From Candidatus Margulisiibacteriota bacterium (GTDB lineage Bacteria > Margulisbacteria > WOR-1 > O2-12-FULL-45-9), in the NCBI GenBank assembly GCA_036448795.1, contig JAZFXQ010000057.1, positions 1-52,932 on the forward strand: a stretch of 52,932 nt of DNA, in the 5' to 3' direction. A model generated the notes under the pieces. That model saw only the letters and a program-made list of their open reading frames with translations. It had not been told where the DNA came from and did no database searches. Every line of letters starts with the position of its first letter. The first letter of the stretch is position 1. The position numbers and the translations under genes were made by a program. Positions 33,901 to 43,099 of the stretch are shown piece after piece.

Positions 33901-34622
33901 AGAGGAACAATCTTAACTTTTCCGAGTGCCCCCATCTGATCCTCTTTTATGATGAGCACTCCATCCAGTCCACGGATTTTCTTGGCAAGTTTAAGCCCAT
34001 GATCGATATCTGGGATCTCTTTGACCACATTGCCAATGGCAGTCGCGGCTGCATCGGCCAGAAGAGTGCTTTTGGCAATGACCACCACCGCGTCTGCTTT
34101 TCCGAAGCTGAACGAGTGCCCGACCGTTCCGGATGAACAGCATATTGAGAAGGGCTTTTCACGAGGTTCGATCTCTAAAGCGATTTTCTCTGAAAAAGGA
34201 CATTTTCCAGCGTAAATCGCAACCTTTCTGGTCTGGTTGATTTTTAAGAAGATATCCCCTCCATTTTCAACAATAATTTCATCGCTAAAACTCATAAGGT
34301 CTTTTCCTACAAATTCAGCCATGGCTCCGGCCACAGCTGCCATGGGGCCGACCTTTGTTTTCCGGGCTGCCAGGCCCATCTCTTTTACAATGGGAGGGGC
34401 GTCGTAGCGAATGTGAAGAGGAGAGAAGGTTTTGGCAAATTGTGGATTGGCCTCAATATATTTCTCAATTTCAGTTCGGTATTTCAGGGCAGAGGCTAAG
34501 GCCTTGTCATATAAATTCTCTTTGGCCAGGATCAATAAATCGGTTTCCTTCTCGATGACCTCGAATTTGGTCAGGTTTTCAGCCTTCACATAATTTCGGT
34601 AAGCTCTCTCTTGATATGGCAT
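33897..34622 (-). CDS. UPF0280/ApbE-like family protein
   Basis: 241 aa with ..VGPMAAVAGAMAEFVG..ENGGDIFL.. and SSGTVGHSFSFGKADAV, typical of UPF0280. Confidence 0.65.
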   Translation of the reverse strand: MPYQERAYRNYVKAENLTKFEVIEKETDLLILAKENLYDKALASALKYRTEIEKYIEANPQFAKTFSPLHIRYDAPPIVKEMGLAARKTKVGPMAAVAGAMAEFVGKDLMSFSDEIIVENGGDIFLKINQTRKVAIYAGKCPFSEKIALEIEPREKPFSICCSSGTVGHSFSFGKADAVVVIAKSTLLADAAATAIGNVVKEIPDIDHGLKLAKKIRGLDGVLIIKEDQMGALGKVKIVPL

Positions 34623-34630
34623 GTTATAAT
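34622..34630 (+). promoter_or_regulatory. extended -10 promoter, leaderless candidate
   Basis: TGtTATAAT lies 7 nt before ATG 34638 with no SD. A mirror TGaTATAAT on the - strand (34658-34650) serves the divergent gene. Confidence 0.45.
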
Positions 34631-34637
34631 ACCTTGT

Positions 34638-35366
34638 ATGCTATATGGAATTATATCAGATATCCACAGTAATTTGGAAGCTTTGAACGTTGTTCTCAAC
34701 AAACTCTACCAGGCAGAAAAGCTGGTTTGCCTGGGGGACATTGTGGGTTATGGACCCGATCCCAACTTATGCGTTGAGAAGGTAAGAGAATTAAACATTC
34801 CGACCGTGGCTGGGAACCATGACAAAGCAGTGACAGGCGAGATGGAGACAACCTGGTTTAATCAGAGTGCACGGGAGGCGGTGATCTGGACGCAGAGAGA
34901 GATAAAGGAAGAAAATCTAGAATATCTTAGAAATCTTCCAGAAATCATCGAAGAAGATGACTTTCAGGCTGTTCACGGAAGTCTGCGGGCTCCTCTGGAG
35001 GAGTATATAATGAGTATTTCCGATGCCTTGCCGACCTTTGAAAAGATGACCAAACCGGTATGTTTTATAGGGCATTCCCATGCTCCTCTTTTCATTGCTC
35101 TCAAGAAAGATGGGAACTATGACGGTCGGGTGCTTTTGGACGGAGAGGAAGTCCTGGTTGAGGATCATGAAAAAGTTATCATCAATGTGGGTGGGGTGGG
35201 GCAGCCCCGGGATGGGGATCCGCGCGCCAGCTACGGGATCTATGATTCAAAAACCAAGATCTTTACTCTGCATCGGGTAGAATATAACATCGAGAGAGTT
35301 CAAGGGAAGATGAAAACGGTCGGTTTACCTCAACCTTTAATTGCTCGACTCCAATTTGGTAGATGA
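34638..35366 (+). CDS. metallophosphoesterase (YfcE/MJ0936-like)
   Basis: ISDIHSN, GDIVGYGP, GNHD and GHSH motifs. I preferred the start at 34638 (MLYGIISDIH) over the ORF-track 34611, which overlaps the divergent gene. Confidence 0.75.
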   Translation: MLYGIISDIHSNLEALNVVLNKLYQAEKLVCLGDIVGYGPDPNLCVEKVRELNIPTVAGNHDKAVTGEMETTWFNQSAREAVIWTQREIKEENLEYLRNLPEIIEEDDFQAVHGSLRAPLEEYIMSISDALPTFEKMTKPVCFIGHSHAPLFIALKKDGNYDGRVLLDGEEVLVEDHEKVIINVGGVGQPRDGDPRASYGIYDSKTKIFTLHRVEYNIERVQGKMKTVGLPQPLIARLQFGR

Positions 35367-35993
35367 TTATAAAATCCCCTTTGTGGAAGGAACGCCCTTT
35401 TTGCGGGGATTGATCTGGCAGGCTTTGCGGAGTGCGACCCCAAAAGCCTTGAAAATTGCTTCGATCTTGTGGTGCGTGTTTTTACCTCTTTTAAGGTCTA
35501 TGTGAAGCGTGATTCCTGCTTTATAAACAAAAGATTCAAAGAATTCACGCAGCATTTCGGCATCTAAATATAATTTCATTCGTTCTTTGCCGATCTGCGC
35601 ATAAAGAAGTTCTTTTGGAAACCTCGCTTTAAAAGTAAAATGAGGTCGGCCACTAATATCTACAGCAGCTTTTACTTCGGCCAGAGACTCATCCATAGGG
35701 ACGATGGCGTGACCATAGCGCTCGATCTTCTTCTTGGTGCCCAAGGCTTTTTTAAAGGCTTCCCCAAGACTGAGACCAGTGTCTTCAATAAGATGATGAA
35801 GATCGACCTCAACATCTCCTTTTGCAGAAAGCTTTAAATCAAAAAGACCGTGCTTGGCAAACAGGGCAAACATGTGACCCAAAAAAGGGATGGGATAATC
35901 TATCTTGCTTTTGCCCGAACCGTCAATATTTAATTCGATCTTGATATGGGTCTCTTTAGTTTTGCGGAGGACCTTGCTCTTTCTCTTCTTCAT
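35367..35993 (-). CDS. hisB: imidazoleglycerol-phosphate dehydratase
   Basis: RKTKETHIKIELNIDG, DLHHLIEDTG and HHKIEAIFKAFG motifs. Confidence 0.9.
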   Translation of the reverse strand: MKKRKSKVLRKTKETHIKIELNIDGSGKSKIDYPIPFLGHMFALFAKHGLFDLKLSAKGDVEVDLHHLIEDTGLSLGEAFKKALGTKKKIERYGHAIVPMDESLAEVKAAVDISGRPHFTFKARFPKELLYAQIGKERMKLYLDAEMLREFFESFVYKAGITLHIDLKRGKNTHHKIEAIFKAFGVALRKACQINPRKKGVPSTKGIL

Positions 35994-36249
35994 GTTTTAC
36001 TTCACCACTCTCGAGCTCTTTTATTTTACTTTCTAGTTCCTTGATCCTTTGCGTGGTTTTTAAATATTTCGGAGCCCCAAAAAGGGCAGCCACGAGAACT
36101 CCAATCAGGACCGAAAACAAAACAACCAAAGCCAGGGATATTTCAGGTGCTTTCCATAAGAAGAGATTTACGGAGACCGGGGCACTATTTAAAGAAGCAA
36201 AGCCCGCGATTGTTATTGCGATCAGGAGCGCCAGAATAAGACCCCACAT
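35956..36249 (-). CDS. LapA/DUF1049-like small membrane protein
   Basis: Two TM helices followed by a coiled KELESKIKELE tail. Overlaps the hisB start by 38 nt. Confidence 0.55.
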   Translation of the reverse strand: MWGLILALLIAITIAGFASLNSAPVSVNLFLWKAPEISLALVVLFSVLIGVLVAALFGAPKYLKTTQRIKELESKIKELESGEVKHEEEKEQGPPQN

Positions 36250-36252
36250 GTT

Positions 36253-37296
36253 TTATCCCTCCTTGAATAGATTTGCTTGCTTTGTCTTGTCTGATTTTTT
36301 TATGGCTATTCCAAGGTGCTTATGAGCAGCCGGCGTAGCCACTCTTCCCCGCGGTGTTCTTTCGATGAATCCAAGCTGCAGGAGGAAAGGCTCATAAACA
36401 TCTTCAATGGTCAGAGAATCTTCATGGATGGAAGCAGCTAGAGAGTCAACTCCTACCGGTCCGCCCGAAAATTTTTCAATAATGGCTTTTAAAAGCTTTC
36501 GATCAACCTTGTCCAAGCCTAGTTCGTCAATCTCTAAGCCTGCCAGGGCTTTCTCAGCAGTTTCTCGATTAATGGTGCCATCTTCCTTGACTTGCGCAAA
36601 ATCCCGCACTCGGCGCAGCAGCCGGTTCGCAATGCGCGGAGTTCCTCGAGAGCGCTTGGCGATTTCCTGCGAACCTTCCTTTTCGATCTCAATCTTTAAT
36701 ACCTGAGCGGCATGCAGGATGATTTGGTCTATTTCCTCCGGCGAGTAAAATTCAAGTCGACTGATCATTCCAAAGCGGTCCCGAAGCGGGGAGGAGAGCT
36801 GACCGATGCGAGTGGTGGCACCAATTAAAGTAAATTTGGGAAGATCCAGACGGATAGATCTGGCGCTGGGGCCTTTTCCAATCATAATGTCCAGTCCAAA
36901 ATCTTCCATGGCCGGATAAAGAACCTCCTCCACTACCCGATTCAGACGATGAATTTCGTCGATGAAGAGAACATCATTCATTTTTAGATTGGTTAAAATG
37001 GCGGCTAGATCGCCCGGGCGTTCAATCGCCGGACCTGAGGTTATTTTAAAATTGACCACCATTTCGTTGGCGATAATACTGGCGAGGGTTGTTTTTCCCA
37101 AACCAGGCGGGCCATAAAAAAGGAGGTGTTCCAGATGTTCTTTGCGCCCCTTGACCGCATCGATGTGAATAAGCAAGTTTTCCTTGATCTTTTCCTGGCC
37201 GATGAAATTTTTGAAGGTCTTGGGACGAAGCCCCTCAAAAGCCAGGTCTTCTTCCTTGCGCTCAAAGGTAATGATCCTATCCTTTTTTTCAGCCAC
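36253..37296 (-). CDS. ruvB: Holliday junction branch migration helicase RuvB
   Basis: [30 protein letters not shown] and RTPRGR motifs. Confidence 0.93.
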   Translation of the reverse strand: MAEKKDRIITFERKEEDLAFEGLRPKTFKNFIGQEKIKENLLIHIDAVKGRKEHLEHLLFYGPPGLGKTTLASIIANEMVVNFKITSGPAIERPGDLAAILTNLKMNDVLFIDEIHRLNRVVEEVLYPAMEDFGLDIMIGKGPSARSIRLDLPKFTLIGATTRIGQLSSPLRDRFGMISRLEFYSPEEIDQIILHAAQVLKIEIEKEGSQEIAKRSRGTPRIANRLLRRVRDFAQVKEDGTINRETAEKALAGLEIDELGLDKVDRKLLKAIIEKFSGGPVGVDSLAASIHEDSLTIEDVYEPFLLQLGFIERTPRGRVATPAAHKHLGIAIKKSDKTKQANLFKEG

Positions 37297-39352
37297 CGGC
37301 GTAAGTCCTCTTATACCCGTAATAGCTTTTTAAAACCTTCTTTACATAATATCTGGTTTCTCGGAAGGGAATATCTTCTATAAATTCGTCTATATCAAGA
37401 TTATTATTGTACTTTTTGAGCCACCTTTTCACTCTGACCGGTCCACCATTATATCCTGCCAGAGCCAGGGCTACGTTTCCGTCAAACCTCTTAATAAGAC
37501 TTGAGAGGTAATAGGTTCCCATATGGATATTAACACGCGGATTGTATAATTTCCAGCGTGAGTAGCGGATTCCCAAAAGACGGGAAAGGTTTCGCCCGGT
37601 GCTGGGAATAATCTGCATCAGTCCGTGCGCCCAGGAGCGGGATAAGGCCCGGGATTTGAAGAGGCTTTCTTCACGGATGACTGCGTAAGTCAAGTAGGGA
37701 TCAAGGCCGTACATTTTTGAATATTTTTCAACGTATCTGCTATAACCGCGAGGATAGGAAAACCTCCAGAGGCGGGGATCAATGCTTGAAAGGGAACCTG
37801 CCAGCATAGCTTCTTTAATTTTTTTGTCTGCAAAATCGATCGGTCTGGCATACCTTCCCTTCATGACGTAAGCATGATACTTGGCAATGCGTGCCCTATC
37901 TTTCTTGCTGAGCGGGACTTTCTCTACCAGAAAAGAAGCCTCTTGTGCCGCTTCATCTCCCAAACCCAAGGCTAAAAGTTCCTTGTATTTTTCTTCGTGA
38001 GTAGCAGTTTCTGGTGAGCCCCCATTTATCTCTTCGACCATTTCAGAAATTTCCGGCACGGCATTGGCTTTGATTTGTATTCCAAATTTTTGCAATTCTT
38101 CCCGCGCACGGTATCCGTAGTAAGAATGGTCATAGCGCTGGATGGTAGTTTTGTATAGAGTCTTGGCTTTCTCTTTTTTTCCGATTTTCTCCGCGCATTT
38201 CGCAGCCCAGAAAAGCAGTCGATCCGAGGCTTTCTCAGGAGGAAGTCGAAGCGCTTGCCTGAACTGGTCGTAAGCCTTCTTATAGTTTTCCTGTTTGAAG
38301 TAAATATTTCCAGTATGCCAGATTGAGTCTGCGAAGAACTCAGAGCTGGGATAAAAAGAAGCCAGTTTTTTATAACATCGAAGAGCATTTTGGGTATCGC
38401 CAGCTTTCTTGTAATAGCGGCCTAGATAATAGAGAGCGTCATCTGCGCTGTGACTATTTGGATACATAGAAACCGTTTTTTCCAAAGTATAGATCGTGGC
38501 CTGGGGACTGCCAAGATAAGCGTAAGTCAGGGCCAGATAAAACATAGCCTGGGGCTTTGAATCTTTGTTAAGATTGATGGCCTTCTTGAAATAGCGGGTG
38601 GCTAGGCTTAACTTTCCCCGCCTTAAGAAAATTCTTCCGAGCATAAAGATAGCTTCGTCATGAAAAGAGCTTTTTTTGTAGAATTTTGCAAGACGCATAA
38701 AGTATCCCTTGGATTTTGTATAGTTCCTCTTTTTGAAGTATTTGATCCCCAGATTATAGATGGTGGCAGCCGGCGCTTCATAGCCCGCCAGATGTTTCTT
38801 CTTGGCGAGCCAATCCAGCCGCTCCAGGGCTTTTTCTGCAAAATCGCTCTCCGGATGCAGGAGATCAAGGTTTCGATAAACCCGAGCGGCATCCACAAAT
38901 TTGCCTGCTTTTTCTAAATTTGTCCCAAGCAGATAGCGGGCTTCGGGAATTAGTTCATGCTCTGGGAATTGCGCAATGAGTATTCTCAAGGTGGAGTTAG
39001 CATCGGTGTAATTTTCTAATTCAATTTGACATTGGGCGATGCCAAATAATGCCTTGGGGATCAAGATACTGTTTTTGAAGTAATTTACTACTATTTCATA
39101 AACCTGGAGAGATTCTTTGAAGCGATAACCTTTCTGATAGGCTTGCGCCATATAATAGTAGCTGTAATCCAGAAGGGGATAGGAACGGTCTCCGAGGGTA
39201 CCCTTAAAGCTCTTTATAGATGAATAGTATTCCCCCTCTTCGAGTAATTTATAGCCCTTTTTAAAGGCATCCCGGGTCTCCAGGGTATATGCCAAAGAAG
39301 AGGTGCTGAAGACCGCTAATATGAGGACAGCTAAGATAACTCGGAATCGCAT
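37289..39352 (-). CDS. soluble lytic murein transglycosylase (Slt70-like) with TPR-like superhelical N-terminal domain
   Basis: C-terminal [18 protein letters not shown] and AGYNGGP motifs. Signal peptide [21 protein letters not shown], taken from ATG 39352 (the ORF-track start at 39382 is TTG). Confidence 0.8.
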   Translation of the reverse strand: MRFRVILAVLILAVFSTSSLAYTLETRDAFKKGYKLLEEGEYYSSIKSFKGTLGDRSYPLLDYSYYYMAQAYQKGYRFKESLQVYEIVVNYFKNSILIPKALFGIAQCQIELENYTDANSTLRILIAQFPEHELIPEARYLLGTNLEKAGKFVDAARVYRNLDLLHPESDFAEKALERLDWLAKKKHLAGYEAPAATIYNLGIKYFKKRNYTKSKGYFMRLAKFYKKSSFHDEAIFMLGRIFLRRGKLSLATRYFKKAINLNKDSKPQAMFYLALTYAYLGSPQATIYTLEKTVSMYPNSHSADDALYYLGRYYKKAGDTQNALRCYKKLASFYPSSEFFADSIWHTGNIYFKQENYKKAYDQFRQALRLPPEKASDRLLFWAAKCAEKIGKKEKAKTLYKTTIQRYDHSYYGYRAREELQKFGIQIKANAVPEISEMVEEINGGSPETATHEEKYKELLALGLGDEAAQEASFLVEKVPLSKKDRARIAKYHAYVMKGRYARPIDFADKKIKEAMLAGSLSSIDPRLWRFSYPRGYSRYVEKYSKMYGLDPYLTYAVIREESLFKSRALSRSWAHGLMQIIPSTGRNLSRLLGIRYSRWKLYNPRVNIHMGTYYLSSLIKRFDGNVALALAGYNGGPVRVKRWLKKYNNNLDIDEFIEDIPFRETRYYVKKVLKSYYGYKRTYAGG

Positions 39353-39444
39353 AGTAGAATATAGCGCTGCAGCTCGGCCCAAAAACTAAAAGCTTCAAAA
39401 CCACAAACCTCTCGAACGAGAAATTCTTTCAGCTGCAGCGCGAT

Positions 39445-39472
39445 TTGATTATAGCACAGCATGTGCTAGAAT
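39445..39472 (+). promoter_or_regulatory. promoter with extended -10, leaderless candidate for galT
   Basis: TTGATT (39445-39450), a 16-nt spacer ending in TGc, then TAGAAT (39467-39472). ATG 39483 lies 10 nt downstream. The first ATG (39471) sits inside the -10. Confidence 0.45.
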
Positions 39473-39482
39473 GCAATTCGAG

Positions 39483-40487
39483 ATGCCCGAACTGAGACAA
39501 AATCCAGCTACCAAGGAATGGGTAATTATTGCCGGTGAGCGGGCCGCGCGCCCCAATCACATGGGAAAAAAAGTTGATATTCCTTTGCCGGAAGAAAAAG
39601 AAAAGTGTCCTTTTTGTGGAGGACATGAAAACATGACCCCTGCTGAAATTTTATCCTATCGTACTTATGGAACCGCTCCCAATTCACCGGGATGGCGGAT
39701 TAGAATTGTTCCCAATAAATATGCGGCGCTTGTTCCAAAGGGTGAACTGAAGAGAGCTAAGGTGCAAAGGTTCTTCCCACATATGAACGGCATCGGGGAA
39801 CACGAGGTAATTATTGAATCTCCTGAGCATGATAAAACCATTGCCACCATGGATCAGAAGCAGGTGGAAGAGATCTTTTCGGCTTACCGGGAGAGATATA
39901 TAACCTTATCCAAGAATCCCAGGTATGAAATGATCATTATTTTTAAGAATCACGGGGTTCAGGCCGGAACCTCCTTGAGGCATCCTCATTCGCAATTGAT
40001 CGCCACCCCCATCACCCCCATGCATATCCGGCATCGCATTGAGGAAGCCATGCGTTTTTTTGATGATAATGGTGAATGTGTGTACTGCGAGATGATCAAG
40101 ACCGAGAAGAAAGCCAAGGAAAGGGTGGTTTTAGAAACAGATAATTTTATCTCCTTTGAGCCTTTTGCTTCGAAGTCCCCTTTTGAAACCTGGATAATAC
40201 CCAAGATACACAAAGCTTCTTTTGAGGGGGTCTCTCTGGAGGAGATCAAGGAATTAGCCTATGTCATGAAGCAGACCTTGGCTAAGATTTATAAGTCCTT
40301 AAACGATCCTGACTTTAACTATATGATTTTTTCCTCTCCCTGCCATGAAAAGGATGGAGAGTATTATCACTGGTACATACAGATTCTGCCTCGGGTCTCT
40401 TCTATGGCTGGTTTTGAACTGGGATCCGGAATATATATCAATACCATGCATCCCGAGACCGCGGCCAGGCTCTTGCGAGAGACTTAG
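39483..40487 (+). CDS. galT: galactose-1-phosphate uridylyltransferase (HIT superfamily; could also be an ADP-glucose phosphorylase-type enzyme)
   Basis: CPFCGGHE zinc site and the HPHSQLIA (HxHxQ) active site, with duplicated HIT-like halves. Alternative start at 39471. Confidence 0.78.
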   Translation: MPELRQNPATKEWVIIAGERAARPNHMGKKVDIPLPEEKEKCPFCGGHENMTPAEILSYRTYGTAPNSPGWRIRIVPNKYAALVPKGELKRAKVQRFFPHMNGIGEHEVIIESPEHDKTIATMDQKQVEEIFSAYRERYITLSKNPRYEMIIIFKNHGVQAGTSLRHPHSQLIATPITPMHIRHRIEEAMRFFDDNGECVYCEMIKTEKKAKERVVLETDNFISFEPFASKSPFETWIIPKIHKASFEGVSLEEIKELAYVMKQTLAKIYKSLNDPDFNYMIFSSPCHEKDGEYYHWYIQILPRVSSMAGFELGSGIYINTMHPETAARLLRET

Positions 40488-40492
40488 GTTGA

Positions 40493-41248
40493 ATGAAAAA
40501 AAGGTTAGACCAGCTCCTGGTTGAACAGGGCCGCTTCTCTTCACGCTCCCGTGCCCAAGCTGCTATTCTGGAAGGCTTGGTATATATAGGGGGGCAAAAG
40601 GTCGAGAAGGCCGGAGCGCTTTTTTCTTCAGAAGTTGCGATAGAGGTCAAGGGAGAATCCCATCCTTATGCAAGTCGGGGCGGGGTAAAGCTGGAGCAGG
40701 CTCTAAAGGAATTTCAAATAAAAGTAAAAGGCAAAGTTGCCGTGGATGTTGGTGCTTCCACCGGTGGATTCACGGATTGTTTGCTGCAGCAGGGAGCAGC
40801 AAAGGTTTATGCTGTTGATGTTGGTTATGGACAGTTAGCCTGGAAACTTCGCCAAGATCCGAGAGTTAAAGTTATAGAGCGGACCAATATTAGATATTTA
40901 ACACCAGAGAAATTTAGAGAGAAAATTTCGGATTTCGGATTTCGGATTTCGGATTTTGCCACAATAGATGTTTCCTTTATTTCGCTTTCCAAAGTTTTGC
41001 CTGCGGTTTATAATTTGTTAGGGGACAAGGGGGAAGTCATTGCTTTGATTAAGCCTCAATTTGAGGCACGGCGTGAGCAAGTAGGCAAGGGCGGGATCGT
41101 TAAGGACAATAAAGTCCATAAGGAAGTGGTCGAGAAGGTCAAGGCGGAGGCAGAGGCAATAGGCTTTAAGGCAAAGGGTGTTGTGCAGTCTCCGATAACT
41201 GGGGCAGATGGAAATGTGGAGTTTTTTATTTATTTGTTGAAAGGATAG
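40493..41248 (+). CDS. tlyA: TlyA-family rRNA 2'-O-methyltransferase
   Basis: N-terminal S4 domain (RLDQLLVEQG..SRSRAQ), SAM site DVGASTGGFTDC, and IDVSFISL..LIKPQFE. Confidence 0.88.
   Translation: MKKRLDQLLVEQGRFSSRSRAQAAILEGLVYIGGQKVEKAGALFSSEVAIEVKGESHPYASRGGVKLEQALKEFQIKVKGKVAVDVGASTGGFTDCLLQQGAAKVYAVDVGYGQLAWKLRQDPRVKVIERTNIRYLTPEKFREKISDFGFRISDFATIDVSFISLSKVLPAVYNLLGDKGEVIALIKPQFEARREQVGKGGIVKDNKVHKEVVEKVKAEAEAIGFKAKGVVQSPITGADGNVEFFIYLLKG
40925..40957 (+). repeat. perfect heptanucleotide tandem repeat (ATTTCGG x4 plus a partial unit) inside the tlyA reading frame
   Basis: atttcgg atttcgg atttcgg atttcgg atttt encodes ISDFGFRISDF. It is the reverse complement of the AAATCCG-type array at 15833. 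Confidence 0.85.
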
Positions 41249-41259
41249 GGATTAATACG

Positions 41260-41802
41260 ATGGGAGAGGGCTATCAAATCTTATTATATCTATCGATTGG
41301 TGTAATTCTAGGTGGTTTTCTGTTTTTCGTTCTGGGTCGGTTGTGGAGGCGAAAAATACCAGTTGTTCAAAGCGAAGGCATAAGATTTTCCGAGAAGGAA
41401 GTGGAGGGTTTTCTGCAAAGAGCAGGCTATCAGATCCTGGGGAAACGGCAAAGGGAAACTGTCATTACCAACGTGGACGGAAAGGATCGTTTTGGATATC
41501 TTGAGGCTGATTATACCGTCCGCAGGGGGAAGAAAAAATATGTGGTGGTGGTTCAGTCTGGAGAAGGTTCTTCCGACCCCAACGAACCCCTGCTGCGTCG
41601 GAAACTATTGGAATACGATCATGTCTTTTCCCCGAATGCCCTTCTGGTCCTGGATCTTTCCCGGGGAGAGATTCACGAAGTTAATTTCCGCTTTCCATAT
41701 GAGAGGAATATTGACTTTTTTTTCAGGTTTTTGATCGCGCTGTTTATTGTCTTAATGATAGTTGGTATAATCTGGATGTTGGTGCAGCTGCGCTTAATTT
41801 GA
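41260..41802 (+). CDS. membrane protein with a cytoplasmic endonuclease-fold-like core between two TM helices, function unknown
   Basis: N- and C-terminal hydrophobic helices. The core EVEGFLQRAGYQIL...GYLEADYTV...YVVVVQSGE loosely resembles YraN/PD-(D/E)xK topology but lacks the E-x-K. Confidence 0.5.
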   Translation: MGEGYQILLYLSIGVILGGFLFFVLGRLWRRKIPVVQSEGIRFSEKEVEGFLQRAGYQILGKRQRETVITNVDGKDRFGYLEADYTVRRGKKKYVVVVQSGEGSSDPNEPLLRRKLLEYDHVFSPNALLVLDLSRGEIHEVNFRFPYERNIDFFFRFLIALFIVLMIVGIIWMLVQLRLI

Positions 41803-41817
41803 TGGGAGGCGAAAAAT

Positions 41818-42579
41818 ATGACAACCATCGGAGTGATCTATAAAAAGGAAGACAGCTTGATCGCGGGAACCGCGCAGCAGGTCATAAAAGAGCTCAAGAA
41901 AATGGGATATAAGCTCGATCTGGCAAGGGCCAGGTTTGTCTTAACTTTTGGGGGCGATGGAACCATTCTGCGCGCAGCCAGGATCCTGGCAAAAAGTAAG
42001 ACCCCCATCTTAGGGGTCCATCTGGGAGGCCTTGGGTTTTTGTCGGAGATCGAGCTGCATGAGCTTAGCGACGCCCTGGAGCGGATCAAGAAGGGCAAAT
42101 TTATTATTGATGAAAGAGCCATGCTCGAGGCCATGCTAGGCGGAAGAAAACTTATTGCCTTAAACGATATTGTAATCAGCAATAGCGGCATTGCGCGTGT
42201 GATAAAATTGGAGGTTAAGGGAGTGGCGGAGTACACTTCAGACGGCATAATCTTTTCAACCGCTACCGGCTCCACCGCCTACAATCTTTCTGCGGGTGGC
42301 CCGCTTCTTACCCCGGATTCACAAAGTATGGTCATCTCGGCTATCTCTCCGCACAGCATCAGTACTCGTCCGCTGGTGCTCGAAAAACCGGTTACCGCAG
42401 TATTGATCCGGGGGAAGGAGGCCATCCTAACTGCTGACGGTCAACACCTTGTCCCGCTGCATGAAACGCAAAAAATACGGATTTATAAATCAAAATTTAA
42501 GACCAGATTTATCCGTTTGAAGGAATATAATTTCTTTGAGAGGGTAAAGAATGTCTTTGGCTTTGGGCCCAGGACTTAA
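41818..42579 (+). CDS. nadK: NAD kinase
   Basis: FGGDGTILRAAR, GHLGFL-like (LGGLGFLSE) and STGSTAYNLSAGGP motifs. SD GGGAGG. Confidence 0.85.
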   Translation: MTTIGVIYKKEDSLIAGTAQQVIKELKKMGYKLDLARARFVLTFGGDGTILRAARILAKSKTPILGVHLGGLGFLSEIELHELSDALERIKKGKFIIDERAMLEAMLGGRKLIALNDIVISNSGIARVIKLEVKGVAEYTSDGIIFSTATGSTAYNLSAGGPLLTPDSQSMVISAISPHSISTRPLVLEKPVTAVLIRGKEAILTADGQHLVPLHETQKIRIYKSKFKTRFIRLKEYNFFERVKNVFGFGPRT

Positions 42580-42803
42580 TTCAGGAAGGAGCCGCTGTTG
42601 AGGGAGACTAATTTTGAGATGTCATCAATTAAAACAAAATAGACCGGATCAGATAAGTTCGGCGCTCCGGTTTTAGAGAAGATCGGGAAAAGTGTGACCT
42701 TGTGCATTTCTGAATTGATCAATTTCTTCAGGTATTTTTGAAGGGCAAACTTTTCCATGGCTTCAATTACTTTTGCGTTGTTCATGGTGTTCATCTTTTT
42801 CAC
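42576..42803 (-). CDS. small hypothetical protein (75 aa)
   Basis: Second ORF of a two-gene unit, 2 nt after the upstream stop. AT-rich, no recognisable domain. Its 3' end overlaps the nadK stop by 4 nt. Confidence 0.4.
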   Translation of the reverse strand: MKKMNTMNNAKVIEAMEKFALQKYLKKLINSEMHKVTLFPIFSKTGAPNLSDPVYFVLIDDISKLVSLNSGSFLN

Positions 42804-42805
42804 CT

Positions 42806-43003
42806 CTAGAAGTAGGATTTGTTTCCGGCTTCACGCTTTAGAAACATGTCTGCAAAAACTCTTATGAATTGGCCAGAAGTCTTGACCAAGTTCTTTTCAA
42901 TATGCAATGCATCTCGTATATGAGCCCGCCTGGTCTTTCCCGGCTGATTGATTAGCGCTACATCAAAATTTCTTCTATCTGCATTTTCGCGATTCATATT
43001 CAT
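42806..43003 (-). CDS. small hypothetical protein (65 aa)
   Basis: MNMNRENADRRNFDVALINQPGKTRRAHIRDAL.. lies 14 nt downstream of motif site A. GAGAGGGA precedes the ATGs at 43003 and 42997. Confidence 0.45.
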   Translation of the reverse strand: MNMNRENADRRNFDVALINQPGKTRRAHIRDALHIEKNLVKTSGQFIRVFADMFLKREAGNKSYF

Positions 43004-43017
43004 TCCCTCTCATATAT

Positions 43018-43045
43018 ATATCGACAGATTTTCACGAAAATTTCA
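43018..43045 (-). promoter_or_regulatory. sigma28-like promoter motif (site A)
   Basis: Reverse strand reads TGAAATTT tcgtgaaaatct GTCGATAT atatatgagaggga ATG. Confidence 0.6.
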
Positions 43046-43099
43046 CCCGATTTCCATTTTTGGCAGTTTGACGCTAAAAAACATATCTAAAAAACTTTT

